64,000 bases of DNA from Candidatus Eiseniibacteriota bacterium (GTDB taxonomy: Bacteria; Eisenbacteria; RBG-16-71-46; DASYSL01): positions 1 to 64,000 of the forward strand of contig JANPEF010000153.1 in the NCBI GenBank assembly GCA_031431875.1, given 5' to 3'. Of the stretch, positions 17,040 through 26,910 are shown one piece after another. The notes beneath the pieces are model-generated. The model was not told the DNA's origin and ran no database searches. It was given only the letters and a program-made list of their open reading frames with translations. The position numbers were made by a program, and so were the translations under genes. Numbering within the stretch: the stretch's first letter is position 1; the number at the start of each line of letters is the position of its first letter.

Positions 17040-17923
17040 GCAACCCGATCGGCCCGACCGAACGGCGGAACTGGATCGCGAAGCCCGACGCGGGTCCGCA
17101 CGGTCGCGCGGTCTTCCTCCGCGAGGTGCTGGCCGAACTGCCCGCCGGTGCGCGCGTGCTCGATGCCGGCTGCGGACCGGGCTCGTGGAACTACGCCGAG
17201 ACGCCGCACCTGGCGATCACCGGCTTCGACGTGCTGCCGCTCGAGCCCGCACGCCCGTGGCGACCGCGGACGGACTGGCTGCGGGCCGACATGGGCCGCC
17301 AGCCGTTCCGCGATGGGGCCTTCACGGCCGTGATCTCGCACTACACGCTCGAGCACGTCACCGCGCTCGAGGACTGCGCCGACGAACTGGGGCGCGTGCT
17401 GGCGCCGGACGGCCTGCTCTACGTGTCGGTGCCGCGCTCGACCGCGTTCGACGACCGCTTCTACCGCTTCGCCGGCTACTTCGCCAAGTACGCGCTGTTC
17501 AAGTTCGGCAAGCGCATCGAGCATCAGCAGCGCTTCAGCTTCGGCTCGGTGGTGGCGCTGTTCTACGCCCGCGGGTTCGTGCTCGAGGGCTTCGCCACCG
17601 TGCCGGCCGGGTTCTCGTGGCTCAACGACCCGCGCACCAAGCCCCTGCAGAAGGCGTTCGTCGATGGGCTGGGCGCGATCAAGCGCGGGCTCGGCGTCGA
17701 CCTGTTCGCCGACGCCAACTTCGTCTGCCGTTTCCGCCACGTCGGAACGATCGGCTTGCGCCACGTGACCCACGTCTGCCGCCACTGCGGCGAGCAGTGC
17801 GTGCTCACCCCGCCCGAGCCGCCGCCGCCGACGTGGACGTGCCCGTTCTGCGCGCAGGAGAACGGCCTGTTCCGCACGCCTGGCGAGCGGACTGTCGCCC
17901 GCGATCCGCGGGCACTGCGGTGA
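17036..17923 (+). CDS. Class I SAM methyltransferase with C-terminal Cys (zinc-ribbon-like) tail
   Basis: VLDAGCGPG, TLEHV, RVLAPDG; tail CRHC...CPFC. Confidence 0.82.
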   Translation: MSNPIGPTERRNWIAKPDAGPHGRAVFLREVLAELPAGARVLDAGCGPGSWNYAETPHLAITGFDVLPLEPARPWRPRTDWLRADMGRQPFRDGAFTAVISHYTLEHVTALEDCADELGRVLAPDGLLYVSVPRSTAFDDRFYRFAGYFAKYALFKFGKRIEHQQRFSFGSVVALFYARGFVLEGFATVPAGFSWLNDPRTKPLQKAFVDGLGAIKRGLGVDLFADANFVCRFRHVGTIGLRHVTHVCRHCGEQCVLTPPEPPPPTWTCPFCAQENGLFRTPGERTVARDPRALR

Positions 17924-18966
17924 GGGTTCTCCACGCCGCGGCCGAGATCGCCGGGCAGGCTTCGATCCTGTGCGCGGCGCTGCGCGCACGCGGCGTCGAC
18001 GCGACCGCGCTCGCCTACAACGCACAGTACCCGGCGTACCCGACCGACGTCCTCGTGCCGCACGACGGCAAGCCCGCCGTGCCGCGCCTGCTCGGCTACC
18101 TCGCGACCGCGGCGCGTTTCATCGGCCGCTACGACCTGGTCCACGTCCATTTCGGGCGCAGCCTCGTGCCGCCCTACAACGTCGACCTGCCGGTCCACGC
18201 CGCCATGGGCACGAAGCTCGTCTTCCATTTCCACGGCTGCGACGCGCGCAATCGCGCGCTGATGCTGGAGCGGCATCCGCAGTCGGCGGCGTGCGCCGAG
18301 TGTGATCCCTTCTGCGTACCCGACCGGCAGCGTCGCGCGATCGCCCAGTCGCAGCGCTATGGCGCGGCGACCTTCGTCTCGACGCCCGACCTGCTCGAGA
18401 GCGTGCCGCACGCCGAGCACCTGCCCGTCGCGCTCGACGTCGCCGCGTGGCAGGCCGCCGCCGGCGCCGAGCCGCGCCCCGACGACGGCCGCGTGCGCGT
18501 CCTGCACGTGCCGACCAACCGCCTCATCAAGGGCACGCGCTGGATCGAGCAGGGGATGGCGCGCGCCGCCGCCGCCGCTCCGCAACTCGACTACCGCCGG
18601 CTCGAGCAGGCCGCGTGGATCGACGTGCGTTCTGCCATGGCGCAGGCCGACATCGTCGTCGACCAGGTGTTCCTGGGCTGGTACGGGCTCGTCGCCGTCG
18701 AGGCGATGGCGCTGGGCAAGCCCGTCGTCGGCTTCATCCGGCCGGACTTCGAGGAGCGCGCCCGCGGGCTCGACCTGCCGCTCGTGCGCTGCACGAAGGA
18801 CGACGTGGGGGAGGTGGTCCGCAATCTCGCCGCCGATCCGGCCCGCCGGGCCGTCCTGGGAGAGGCTGGTCGCGCTTTCGCGCGACGACATCACGACGCG
18901 GGGGCGATCGCGGCGCGCCTCGTCGGGACCTACGAGGCGGCGCTCGCCGGCGACGGGGCACGGTGA
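17920..18966 (+). CDS. GT-B (family 4-like) glycosyltransferase
   Basis: YDLVHVH, FHFHGCDAR, HVPTNRLIKGT, ADIVVDQ, EAMALGKPVV. Confidence 0.85.
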   Translation: MRVLHAAAEIAGQASILCAALRARGVDATALAYNAQYPAYPTDVLVPHDGKPAVPRLLGYLATAARFIGRYDLVHVHFGRSLVPPYNVDLPVHAAMGTKLVFHFHGCDARNRALMLERHPQSAACAECDPFCVPDRQRRAIAQSQRYGAATFVSTPDLLESVPHAEHLPVALDVAAWQAAAGAEPRPDDGRVRVLHVPTNRLIKGTRWIEQGMARAAAAAPQLDYRRLEQAAWIDVRSAMAQADIVVDQVFLGWYGLVAVEAMALGKPVVGFIRPDFEERARGLDLPLVRCTKDDVGEVVRNLAADPARRAVLGEAGRAFARRHHDAGAIAARLVGTYEAALAGDGAR

Positions 18967-20456
18967 AGGAGCACCTGAAGAAGCTGACCGGCGAGTCGAT
19001 TGTCTACGGCCTCGGGACGGCCGCCGGCCGCGGGCTGCAGATGCTGCTGGTTCCGGTCTTCACGCGCGTGTTCGCGCCCGAGGCGTACGGAGTCATCGAC
19101 CTGCTCGGGCTGGTCGGTGCCATCGCCGCGCTTCTCGTCGTCATGGGAACCGATGCGGCGCTGGCCCGGTTCTTCTACGATGCGACGGACAGCGAGGCGC
19201 GACGGGTCATGATCTCCTCGTCCGCGCTGTGGCGCGTCGGCGTCTGTTCCACCGTGGCGCTGGCACTGTGGCTGCTGGCCCCGACGTTTTCGGTCTTCCT
19301 GTTCGACAGTCCGGATTACGCGAAATATGTCCGGCTCACCGCCCTCGCCATCCCGTTCACCGCGTTCTTCATGTTCCAGAACGACGTGTTGCGGGTCACC
19401 TTCCAGCCGTGGAAGTTCATCGCCCTCAATCTGCTGAACACGATCCTCGTCGGGGGGCTGTCGATCCTCTTCGTCGTCGCGTGGCACAAGGGTGTCTCCG
19501 GCGTGCTCTATGGCCGCCTGTTCGGCGACGCGATCACCGCGGGGTTCGGCTTCGTGCTCATCCGGCTGCAACTGGTGCCCCGCTTCGACCGCGTCGTGCT
19601 GCGCCGCATGCTCACCTACGGCGCGCCCCTCATCCCGGTCGCGGTGGCGTATTGGGTGATGCAGTACGCGGACCGCTGGACGCTGGCGCATTTCCGTGAC
19701 CTGGCGACGGTCGGCATCTACGCGGTGGCGGTGAAGCTGGGCGCGGCGATGATGCTCGTCATCGCCGCCTTCCAGCTGGCATGGGGACCCTTCGCTTTCG
19801 CGCGGGCGCGCGATCCCGATGCCGGACGATTGTTCTCGCGGGTGCTCACGCTCTACGTCGCCGTCGCCGCGACGACCGCGCTCACCCTGGGACTGTTCGC
19901 CCAGGAGGCGCTCGGCGTGCTGGTGCCCGGTGCCTACGCGCGGGCCGCGCTGCCCGGCGGATTGCTCGCCTTCGCCGCCGTGGCGCACGGCGCGTACTAC
20001 ATCGTCGGGCTCGGCGCGAACCTGTCGTTCCGCACCGACCTGGTGGCGTGGACGTCGTTGCTCGCCGCGGCGACCAGCGTCAGCCTCAATTTCCTGCTCG
20101 TGCAGCCCCTCGGCATCCGCGGCGTCTCCACCGCGACGCTGGTCGGCTTCGCGCTGTCGACCGTGCTGCTCTACGTCTGGGCGCAGCGCGTCCATCCCAT
20201 CCCGTTCCGCGGCCTGCGCGCGGGGGCCCTCTATCTCGCCGGGGTGGGCTTCCTGTTGACGGGAGTGCTCGGGGGTCGGGCGGTCGGCGCCGCCTGGGGC
20301 GGGCCGGCGTCGATCGCGCTGCGGGTCGCGCTCCTGCTCGCCTACGCGGGTCTTGCCGCCCACCTCTCCCGCCGGATGGCGCCGCCGTGGGACGGTCCGC
20401 TCGCCTCGGCGGGCGATGCCGTGGTCCCGGTCGCGCTGCCCGGGGAGCGCGCCTGA
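18963..20456 (+). CDS. wzx: Wzx-type oligosaccharide flippase
   Basis: ESIVYG, PVFTR..PEAYG, YGAPL, DRW, VGIYAVA; about 12-14 TM segments. Confidence 0.88.
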   Translation: MKEHLKKLTGESIVYGLGTAAGRGLQMLLVPVFTRVFAPEAYGVIDLLGLVGAIAALLVVMGTDAALARFFYDATDSEARRVMISSSALWRVGVCSTVALALWLLAPTFSVFLFDSPDYAKYVRLTALAIPFTAFFMFQNDVLRVTFQPWKFIALNLLNTILVGGLSILFVVAWHKGVSGVLYGRLFGDAITAGFGFVLIRLQLVPRFDRVVLRRMLTYGAPLIPVAVAYWVMQYADRWTLAHFRDLATVGIYAVAVKLGAAMMLVIAAFQLAWGPFAFARARDPDAGRLFSRVLTLYVAVAATTALTLGLFAQEALGVLVPGAYARAALPGGLLAFAAVAHGAYYIVGLGANLSFRTDLVAWTSLLAAATSVSLNFLLVQPLGIRGVSTATLVGFALSTVLLYVWAQRVHPIPFRGLRAGALYLAGVGFLLTGVLGGRAVGAAWGGPASIALRVALLLAYAGLAAHLSRRMAPPWDGPLASAGDAVVPVALPGERA

Positions 20457-20457
20457 C

Positions 20458-22461
20458 ATGTGCGGGATCGCCGGGCAGCTCCGCCTCGATCGTTCCGCGC
20501 CGCCGCTGCGCGCGGGCGAGCTCGTCGCCATGGGCGACCGCATGCCGTGGCGCGGTCCCGACGACGAGGGCTTCCTGCTCGAGCGCGAGGACGGCAGCCG
20601 CGTGCTGTTCGGCGGCCCCGTCACGCCGGCCGATGCGTTCGACTCCGCGCTGCCGTACGCGCCGGCGCGGGAGCGCCCGGCCCCCGACGCGGCAGGGGAC
20701 CTGGGGTTCGCGTTCCGCCGCCTCGCCATCCTCGATCTCTCCCCGGCCGGCCACCAGCCGATGTGCGACCCGAGCGGGCGCTACTGGATCGTGTTCAACG
20801 GCGAGATCTACAACTACCTCGAGCTGCGCGACGAGTTGTCCGCGCATGGCCACGCGTTCCGCACCGGCAGCGACACCGAGGTGCTGCTCGCCGCCTTCGC
20901 GACGTGGGGCCTCGACATGCTGCCGCGACTCAACGGCATGTGGGGCCTGGCCCTGTGGGATGCGGGCGAACGCAGGCTCGTGCTGGCCCGGGACCGCTTC
21001 GGTGTCAAGCCCGTCTACTACACGGTGCGCGACGGCCGGCTGGCGTTCGCTTCGGAACTGAAGCCGCTGGTCCTCGCCGGGCCGCGCGTGCCGCGCGCCG
21101 AGGCGATCCATGCGCTGCTTGCCCGGGACTGGGTCGACCATCGTCCCGAGACGTTCTTCGAGGGTGTGTTCCAGTTGCCGGCCGGGCACGTGCTGGTGGC
21201 GACGGCCGGCGCGCCAGGTGCGCCGGGTCGTCCGGAAGTGCGGCGCTGGTGGGATCTCGATCCCGCACGCCGCACGCGGCTCGCCCCGGCCGCCGCGGCC
21301 GAGCGCTTTCGCGAGTTGTTCGACGACGCGGTGCGCCTGCGCCTGCGGTCCGACGTCCCGGTGGGCACCTGCCTGTCGGGCGGCCTCGACTCGACGGCGA
21401 TCGTCACCACCGCGGCCGGGATGCTGCCGCACGCCATGCGCACGTTCTCGGTCTCGTACGACGAAGGCGCGGCGTTCGACGAGCGGCCGTGGATCGACCT
21501 CGCGGTCGCGCGGGTGGGCGCCACGGCCGCGACCGTCGTGCCCGACGGCCGCGACTTCTGGGAGACGTTCGACGCGTTGGTGTGCCACCAGGAGGAGCCC
21601 GCTGCCGGCATGGGCATCTACAGCCAGTGGCATGTCATGAAGCTCGCCGGCCGCGGCGGCCACGGCATGAAGGTGCTGCTCGACGGGCAGGGCGGCGACG
21701 AGCTGCTCGGCGGCTACCATCGCTACTACTTCCCGTACCTGCGCGACCTGCTGCGCCGCGGCGACTTCACGGGCTTCGCGAGCGCGTTCAGCGGCGTCGC
21801 CTTCGGGCAGAGGCTGGGCGTGGCGCAGACCGCGGCCAAGACCGTCATGCCGCTGCTGCCCCCGGCGCTCTTCGACTGGGGCCGCCGCACGTTCGGGCAG
21901 GGCAAGGACCGCGTGCTCGGCGAGGCGCTCAAGCCGTTCCACGCTCCCGAGCCGCGACCGCCGCGGCGCTTCGAGTCGCGCCTGTCGAACCAGCTCGCCT
22001 GGGACCTGACCGCACGTTTCCTGCCCTCGCTCCTCCGCTACGAGGATCGCAACTCGATGGCGTGGTCGATCGAGACGCGCCTGCCGTTCCTCGACTACCG
22101 CCTCGCCGAGTTCGTCTTCTCGCTCGAGGACGAGACGCGCATTCAGGGCACCACGACCAAGGCGCTTCTGCGGGACGCGCTGGGCGGGCGCATCCCGCCA
22201 GCGATCCTCGCCCGCCGCGACAAGAAGGGCTACGAGACGCCGACCGACGTGTGGATCCGCACGCGCGAGGCGCCGCGCGTGCGCGAGTTGCTGCTCGCTC
22301 CCGATGCGGCGAGCCGGCCGTACCTCGACCGGGACGCCGTCGCGCGCGAGCTCGAGGACTACCTCGCCGGACGGCGCAACATCGGGCTCCAGGTGTGGCG
22401 CTGGTTGCACCTCGAGCTGTGGCTCCGCAAGTTCATCCGCGGTGACGGGGGCGGGGCATGA
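20458..22461 (+). CDS. asnB: Asparagine synthase-like glutamine amidotransferase (probably glycan amidation)
   Basis: MCGIAG N-terminal nucleophile, RRLAILDL, GHQPM, FNGEIYN, LSGGLDS, GQGGDEL, RLPFLD. Confidence 0.93.
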   Translation: MCGIAGQLRLDRSAPPLRAGELVAMGDRMPWRGPDDEGFLLEREDGSRVLFGGPVTPADAFDSALPYAPARERPAPDAAGDLGFAFRRLAILDLSPAGHQPMCDPSGRYWIVFNGEIYNYLELRDELSAHGHAFRTGSDTEVLLAAFATWGLDMLPRLNGMWGLALWDAGERRLVLARDRFGVKPVYYTVRDGRLAFASELKPLVLAGPRVPRAEAIHALLARDWVDHRPETFFEGVFQLPAGHVLVATAGAPGAPGRPEVRRWWDLDPARRTRLAPAAAAERFRELFDDAVRLRLRSDVPVGTCLSGGLDSTAIVTTAAGMLPHAMRTFSVSYDEGAAFDERPWIDLAVARVGATAATVVPDGRDFWETFDALVCHQEEPAAGMGIYSQWHVMKLAGRGGHGMKVLLDGQGGDELLGGYHRYYFPYLRDLLRRGDFTGFASAFSGVAFGQRLGVAQTAAKTVMPLLPPALFDWGRRTFGQGKDRVLGEALKPFHAPEPRPPRRFESRLSNQLAWDLTARFLPSLLRYEDRNSMAWSIETRLPFLDYRLAEFVFSLEDETRIQGTTTKALLRDALGGRIPPAILARRDKKGYETPTDVWIRTREAPRVRELLLAPDAASRPYLDRDAVARELEDYLAGRRNIGLQVWRWLHLELWLRKFIRGDGGGA

Positions 22462-23666
22462 GCGCGCCGACCGGGCGTACGCTGGTTGCGCTGGCCGAGG
22501 TGGCGTGGGGCTACTTCCGCACGCGAAAGCAGTTTCTGCTTGCCCGCCTGGCGGCGCGCGGCTGGCGTGTCGTCTATGTGGAGCCGATGGCGGCCGGGCG
22601 CGGCAACGCGTGGGAGCCGAGAACGATCGACGGCGTGACGGTGGTCACCGCACCGTTCCTCAAGACCAACACGCGGCAGCCGCTGTACAACGCGGCGATC
22701 GCGATCTCACCGCTGCGTGCGGCGATCGAGTCGGCCGGTGCGGCCGCTGCCGTGCGGGCCGTGGAGCGGCTGGGCGTAGGCCCGATCGACGTGGCGTTCC
22801 TGTCCAACATCCACGCGGCCAAGGCTCTATCCGGGTTGGGTCCACGGCTGGTATGCTACGACTTCAATGATCACCCGCTGCAGTTCGCGGGGGTGCCCGC
22901 GTGGGCGGAGGATTCGCTGACGCGGGCGCTGGCGCGCGCCGACTTCGTCATCGCCGTCAGCGCGCACTACGCCCGCCAGCTCGCCGCCCGCGTCCCGGCG
23001 CCGGTGGTGCTGCTCGGGAACGGGGTCGAGTACGCGCACTTCGCCACGCCGCAAGGCGTGGCGCCGGCGGCCCTCAACGCGGTGTCGAGGCCGCGCGTGG
23101 GTTACGTCGGCAAGGTGAGTCACTTCCTCGATTTCGGCGTGCTCGAACGCCTGGCCGCGGCGGGGGACTTCGAACTGGTGATCCTGGGACCGCTTCCCGA
23201 CGAGACGCGTGCCGCCGTCGAGCGCCTGCGCCAGGCTCCGCATGCGCACCTCCTCGGCGAGGCTCCGTACACGTCGCTGCCGGCCGCGTTTGCCGCGCTC
23301 GACGTCGCGCTCATCCCGTTCCGGGCGAACGATCGCTACACGGTCGGCATCAATCCGAACAAGCTCTATCAGTACTGGGCGGCCGGGCTGCCCATCGTCT
23401 CCTCACCCATGTCCGACGTGAGCGAGGACGCGTCGACGCTGACGTTCGCCGCGACACCCGACGAGTTCGTCCAGGCGGTGCGCAACCGGCTCGCCACACC
23501 GCGCGATCCAGCGGCGGCCCGCGCGCGCGCCCGAGCGCACGACTGGGATGCGATCGCCGGCCGGCTCGACGCGATGCTCGCCTCCGCGATCGCCGCAAAG
23601 ATGGCGCGCGGCACGGTGCGACGCGAGGACGTGGCCCCCTACGGAGAGGACGTGCCCGCCGCATGA
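22458..23666 (+). CDS. GT-B glycosyltransferase (TuaH-like)
   Basis: W..RKQFL, YVEP, YDFND, NGVE, GYVG, DVALIPF, PNKLYQY..AGLPIVS. Confidence 0.85.
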   Translation: MSAPTGRTLVALAEVAWGYFRTRKQFLLARLAARGWRVVYVEPMAAGRGNAWEPRTIDGVTVVTAPFLKTNTRQPLYNAAIAISPLRAAIESAGAAAAVRAVERLGVGPIDVAFLSNIHAAKALSGLGPRLVCYDFNDHPLQFAGVPAWAEDSLTRALARADFVIAVSAHYARQLAARVPAPVVLLGNGVEYAHFATPQGVAPAALNAVSRPRVGYVGKVSHFLDFGVLERLAAAGDFELVILGPLPDETRAAVERLRQAPHAHLLGEAPYTSLPAAFAALDVALIPFRANDRYTVGINPNKLYQYWAAGLPIVSSPMSDVSEDASTLTFAATPDEFVQAVRNRLATPRDPAAARARARAHDWDAIAGRLDAMLASAIAAKMARGTVRREDVAPYGEDVPAA

Positions 23667-26146
23667 GCGCCGAGACCAGGGACAAGGGCACGCCGAGGAA
23701 GCGACGCACCGCCGCCGACGTGCGGGCCGAACCGCGCGGCCGCCCGGGGGCGAGCTCTCCCGTCCGCGGCAATTCCGGATTCCGCCCCGGCCCGCTGCTG
23801 CTGGCCTCGATCGCCTACGCTCTCGTCGTCGCCCTCGCGTTCCACGCCGTGATCTTCGGCGGGCTGACGTTCGTCTCGGCCGACACGACCGCGCCAATGG
23901 GTTTCGTGCGGATGGGCGAGCAGTCGCTGTGGCACCACGGCGTGTATCCGCTGTGGAATCCCTACGTGTTCGCCGGCATGCCCTCCTTCGCCAGCGGCGC
24001 CTACAACCCCCTCATCTATCCGCCCGACTGGCCGGTGGCGCTGGTGCAGAAGGTCCTGCCGCTGCCGGACGTCTCGTGGATGCTCCTCTATTACTTCCTG
24101 GCCGGGCTCGGCACGTTCGTGCTGGCGCGCAGCTGGGGGGCGTCGACGGCGGCCGCGCTGGTCGGCGGGCTGGCCTTCATGATCACCCCGAACCTGATGG
24201 CCAATGGGGCGCACGGCCACGGCAGCCAGCTGGTCAACGAGGCCTACCTGCCATGGATGCTGTGGCTCACGTCGCGCCTGTGGCGCCACGCGCGGCCGGC
24301 CGACGCGGCTTTCCTGGCCCTTCTCGTCGGCTTCCAGCTGCTGCGCGGCCACGTCCAGATCGCCTACTACGCGTGGCTCATGATCGGGCTCCTGTCCCTG
24401 TTCGAGTTCGGTCGCCTCGTGGCGCGCCCCGACGGGGTGCGCGCGGCGGCGCCGCGCGTCGCGCTCCTGGCTCTGGCGATGGGGCTGGGGTTCGCGCTGT
24501 CTTCGTTCTTCTCGCTGCCGATTCGCGAGTATGCCCAGTACTCCATCCGCGGCCTGGGCGCGGGCGGCGGAGTGACCTACGAGTATGCGACGGGCTGGTC
24601 GTTCAGCCCCGTCGAGATGCTGACGTTCGTCGTGCCCGGGTCGCTCGGCTTCGGCGTGCCCACCTACTGGGGCACGATGCCGTTCACCGACTTCCCCAAT
24701 TACATGGGGCTCGCGATCCTCGGACTCGCCTTCCTCGCCGTCGCGGCCGGGAAGCGCGCCTACCACGTGGGGTTCCTGCTCGTGCTCGCGGCCTTCGCGC
24801 TGCTCGTCTCGTTCGGCAAGCACAGCGCGTTCTACGACGCGCTGTTCAACTCCCTGCCTTACTTCAATCGTTTCCGCGTGCCGGTGATGATCCTCGTCGT
24901 CCTCCAGATGTGCGTCGCCGTGCTCGCCGCGCTGGGCCTCACCGCCGTCGAAGAAGCCGTGCGCGACGAGCGGGCCCGTCGTCGCCTGCTCGCGTGGACC
25001 ACCGCGCTCACGGTCGGCGTCGCGCTCCTGTGGGTGAGCGGACTCGCGCCCGACGTGTGGCGCGCGACGTACGTCGCAGCCGCGCACGCCTCGCGTCCGG
25101 GCATGGAGACCGCGGCGATCGAACTTGGCTACCGCAACATGGTGGGCGACATCGTGCGCGTGGGCTTCCTCGCGTTGATCGCACTGGGAGCCCTGTTGCT
25201 CACGCTGCGTGGCGTGTTCCCGGCGCGCGTGGCCGCGGCGGTCGTCGCGCTCGTCACGCTGATCGACCTCACCGTGGTGAACGAGCGCGTCCTCGCCCCG
25301 GTGCTGGGACCGCCGCAACAGGTGAGCCTCGCCGCCGAGCGCGACGACGTGGTCGACTTCCTCGTCGGGAAGAAGGCCGGCGACGAGTTCCGCATCTTCC
25401 CGGTGCGCGAGTTCCAGTCGAACCGCTACGCGGGCTTCGGCATCGCCAGCCTGGGCGGCTACCACGCGGCGAAGCCGGCGCTCTACCAGCGCTTCCTCGA
25501 CGCCGACAGCGGCCGCGCCATCCAGTCGCCCGGTGCGTGGCGGCTGCTCAACGTGCGCTACATCGTGATCCCCGGGTTGCTGCCTCCGGAGTCGGGCTTC
25601 ACCGAGGTCTTCCGCGGCCAGGATCAGGTGGTCTACGAGTTCCCGGGAGCGTTGCCGCGGGTCACGCTCGTGCCGGCGTTCATCGTGGCGCCGCGCGACA
25701 GTCACCTGGCGATCTTCCGGGACCCGTTGCACGACGCCGCGCAGGTGACGATGTTGACCGAGGATCCAGGCATCACCCCCGCGCCCGGCGGCACGGCCCG
25801 CATCGTCGAGTACGGGCTGAACCGCGTGCGCATCGAGACCGCGACTCCCGGCCCTTCGATCCTGCGCCTCGCCGACCTCGACTTCCCCGGCTGGCAGGTG
25901 ACGGTCGACGGTCGGCCGGCGAAGGGACTCTCCGCCGACTTCCTGGTGCGCGCGGTTGCCGTTCCCGCGGGCAGGCACGAGGTCGTCTGGGAGTTCCGCG
26001 ATCCGGCGTTCGAGACCGGCCTCCGGGTCTCGATCGGCGCCTTCGTCCTGATCCTCGTCCTGCTCGGCGGGTCGCTCTGGGCCGGGCGGCGGCGCCCGGC
26101 GAGTGGCGGTCCGGGCCCCGGGGCCACCGCGGTGAGCCATGGATAA
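23663..26146 (+). CDS. YfhO-family membrane protein (GT-C)
   Basis: PLWNPYVFAGMP, GHVQIAYY, YWGTMPFT, FRVP, SLGGYHAAK, LLNVRY, FPGWQVTVDG, VPAGRHEV, C-terminal TM. Confidence 0.88.
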   Translation: MSAETRDKGTPRKRRTAADVRAEPRGRPGASSPVRGNSGFRPGPLLLASIAYALVVALAFHAVIFGGLTFVSADTTAPMGFVRMGEQSLWHHGVYPLWNPYVFAGMPSFASGAYNPLIYPPDWPVALVQKVLPLPDVSWMLLYYFLAGLGTFVLARSWGASTAAALVGGLAFMITPNLMANGAHGHGSQLVNEAYLPWMLWLTSRLWRHARPADAAFLALLVGFQLLRGHVQIAYYAWLMIGLLSLFEFGRLVARPDGVRAAAPRVALLALAMGLGFALSSFFSLPIREYAQYSIRGLGAGGGVTYEYATGWSFSPVEMLTFVVPGSLGFGVPTYWGTMPFTDFPNYMGLAILGLAFLAVAAGKRAYHVGFLLVLAAFALLVSFGKHSAFYDALFNSLPYFNRFRVPVMILVVLQMCVAVLAALGLTAVEEAVRDERARRRLLAWTTALTVGVALLWVSGLAPDVWRATYVAAAHASRPGMETAAIELGYRNMVGDIVRVGFLALIALGALLLTLRGVFPARVAAAVVALVTLIDLTVVNERVLAPVLGPPQQVSLAAERDDVVDFLVGKKAGDEFRIFPVREFQSNRYAGFGIASLGGYHAAKPALYQRFLDADSGRAIQSPGAWRLLNVRYIVIPGLLPPESGFTEVFRGQDQVVYEFPGALPRVTLVPAFIVAPRDSHLAIFRDPLHDAAQVTMLTEDPGITPAPGGTARIVEYGLNRVRIETATPGPSILRLADLDFPGWQVTVDGRPAKGLSADFLVRAVAVPAGRHEVVWEFRDPAFETGLRVSIGAFVLILVLLGGSLWAGRRRPASGGPGPGATAVSHG

Positions 26147-26852
26147 GCTCGTCATCGTTCCGACGTACAATGAACGGGAGAACATCGAGACGCTGCTCGA
26201 TCGGCTGCTCGCGCTGCCGTTCGGGCTCGAGGTGCTGGTCGTCGACGACAACTCGCCGGACGGGACGGGCGACCTGGTGGCGGCCCGCCGCGACCGGGAT
26301 CCCCGGATCCACCTGATCCGCCGCGCCGGCAAGCTCGGACTGGGCTCGGCATACGTGGCCGGTTTCCGCTACGCTCTGGGGGAGGGTGCCCAGTTCGTGT
26401 TCGAGATGGACGCCGATTTCTCGCACGATCCGGACGCGATCAGCGACTTCTTCAAGGCGGCCGAGAACGCGGACCTGGTGCTCGGCTCGCGCTACCTGCA
26501 CGGGGTCACCGTGGTGCACTGGCCGCTGTCCCGACTCATCCTGTCGTACTCGGCAAACCTGTACACGCGTATCATCACCGGGCTGCCGGTGCGCGACGCG
26601 ACGGGTGGCTTCAAGTGCTTCCGCCGCTGCGCCCTCGAGGCGGTGGATCTCGACGGCGTGCGCTCTGACGGCTATTCGTTCCAGATCGAGATGAGCTACA
26701 AGATCTGGCGGAAGGGATTCCGCATCATCGAGATTCCGATCACCTTCGTGGATCGCCGCGCCGGTGTCTCCAAGATGAACCGGCGCATCGTGTGGGAGGC
26801 CGCCTGGATGGTCTGGCGCCTCCGCCTCATGGACCTGCTCGGCCGCACCTAG
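26139..26852 (+). CDS. Polyprenol monophosphomannose synthase (Dpm1/Ppm1-like GT2)
   Basis: VPTYNERENI, VDDNSPDGTG, KLGLGSAY, MDADFSHDP, DATGGFKC, GYSFQIE. Confidence 0.92.
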   Translation: MDKLVIVPTYNERENIETLLDRLLALPFGLEVLVVDDNSPDGTGDLVAARRDRDPRIHLIRRAGKLGLGSAYVAGFRYALGEGAQFVFEMDADFSHDPDAISDFFKAAENADLVLGSRYLHGVTVVHWPLSRLILSYSANLYTRIITGLPVRDATGGFKCFRRCALEAVDLDGVRSDGYSFQIEMSYKIWRKGFRIIEIPITFVDRRAGVSKMNRRIVWEAAWMVWRLRLMDLLGRT

Positions 26853-26910
26853 GTCGATGGGTCCGAACCCCGTGACGCGCGGATGCCCTCCCGCGCACGG
26901 AGAGACCTCC

